A DNA stretch of 64,000 nucleotides, from assembly GCA_036268375.1 (NCBI GenBank), contig DATAUH010000080.1, forward strand, positions 2,706 through 66,705. Direction: 5' to 3'. The notes beneath the pieces are model-generated. The model did no database searches. It was not told where the DNA came from and worked only from the letters and a program-made list of their open reading frames with translations. The position numbers were made by a program, and so were the translations under genes. This DNA comes from Bryobacteraceae bacterium (GTDB lineage: Bacteria; Acidobacteriota; Terriglobia; Bryobacterales; Bryobacteraceae). This document shows positions 63,863-64,000 of the stretch, one piece after another. Every line of letters begins with the position of its first letter. Position 1 is the first letter of the stretch.

Positions 63863-64000
63863 AGCAAATCGTCCACCATATTGCGTGTCATCAGAATCCC
63901 GAAGCCGCCCGGCCGCTGCCCGTGCTCTTCGCGAAACTCCACATGCCGCACCGGCGAATCGGCCGGATTTGAGATCGCCGCGTGCGGTAGCAAATCCAGC
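63814..64000 (-). CDS. C-terminal fragment of an RsbW-like anti-sigma-factor kinase / HATPase-domain protein (5' end outside the window)
   Basis: The reverse frame reads ...VEFREEHGQRPGGFGILMTRNMVDDLLYNERGNAVLFVKYLR, with the stop at 63814-63816. It is absent from the ORF track because the start lies beyond the edge. It overlaps the maf 3' end by 49 nt. Confidence 0.45.
   Translation of the reverse strand, partial: LDLLPHAAISNPADSPVRHVEFREEHGQRPGGFGILMTRNMVDDLLYNERGNAVLFVKYLR

Noticed and set aside
1-64000. I looked for defence islands (restriction-modification, CBASS, retrons, Abi, toxin-antitoxin pairs), prophage or integrative elements, and biosynthetic gene clusters.
   Set aside because: I recognised no nuclease/helicase/methylase combinations, integrases, transposases, small toxin-antitoxin gene pairs, or PKS, NRPS or RiPP enzymes. 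The only mobile-element-like signal is the 181-bp inverted-repeat element.

Overview
The window is a 64-kb, high-GC, densely coding chromosomal segment with about 57 protein genes. I found no rRNA, tRNA, CRISPR array, transposase, integrase or phage genes. The gene families point to an Acidobacteriota genome of the Solibacter/Bryobacter type. Those families are two duplicated orphan MacB-like permeases (ADOP family, one behind a PadR regulator), a TIGR03435-like duplicated-domain protein, a TIGR03437-like secreted protein, a PEP-CTERM protein and an acidobacterial-type PQQ quinoprotein. Housekeeping genes are polA, mdh, ruvC, yebC, lpxD, class I fumarase, maf, ggt and two tonB paralogues. They are interleaved with accessory blocks: (i) a GldA/F/G-like ABC system plus DUF4340; (ii) a CUT2-type sugar ABC importer whose second permease is fused in frame to its binding protein; (iii) a periplasmic redox island holding DUF1080, a di-haem peroxidase, a cupredoxin-like lipoprotein, a YVTN propeller, a TAT-exported TIM barrel, a di-haem cytochrome c and a PQQ dehydrogenase; (iv) a hydrolase and resistance-like cluster with an AAC(6')-like GNAT, an S9 peptidase, an esterase, a class-A-beta-lactamase-like protein and an M49-like peptidase with an ABC exporter; (v) a cell-surface block with a PEP-CTERM protein, a collagen-like repeat protein and a HEAT protein. 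The items most worth a second look are the permease-SBP fusion, the MauG-like/cupredoxin/propeller triad next to the PQQ module, the recurring Gly/Arg-rich insertions in exported proteins, a 181-bp element with 22-bp perfect terminal inverted repeats, an AT-rich 32-bp palindrome in front of a tonB paralogue, and a 33-codon zinc-ribbon ORF. I did not recognise a canonical defence, toxin-antitoxin or secondary-metabolite system. All calls come from reading the translations and DNA by eye. No homology search was run, so family names are recognition from memory and start codons are best guesses.
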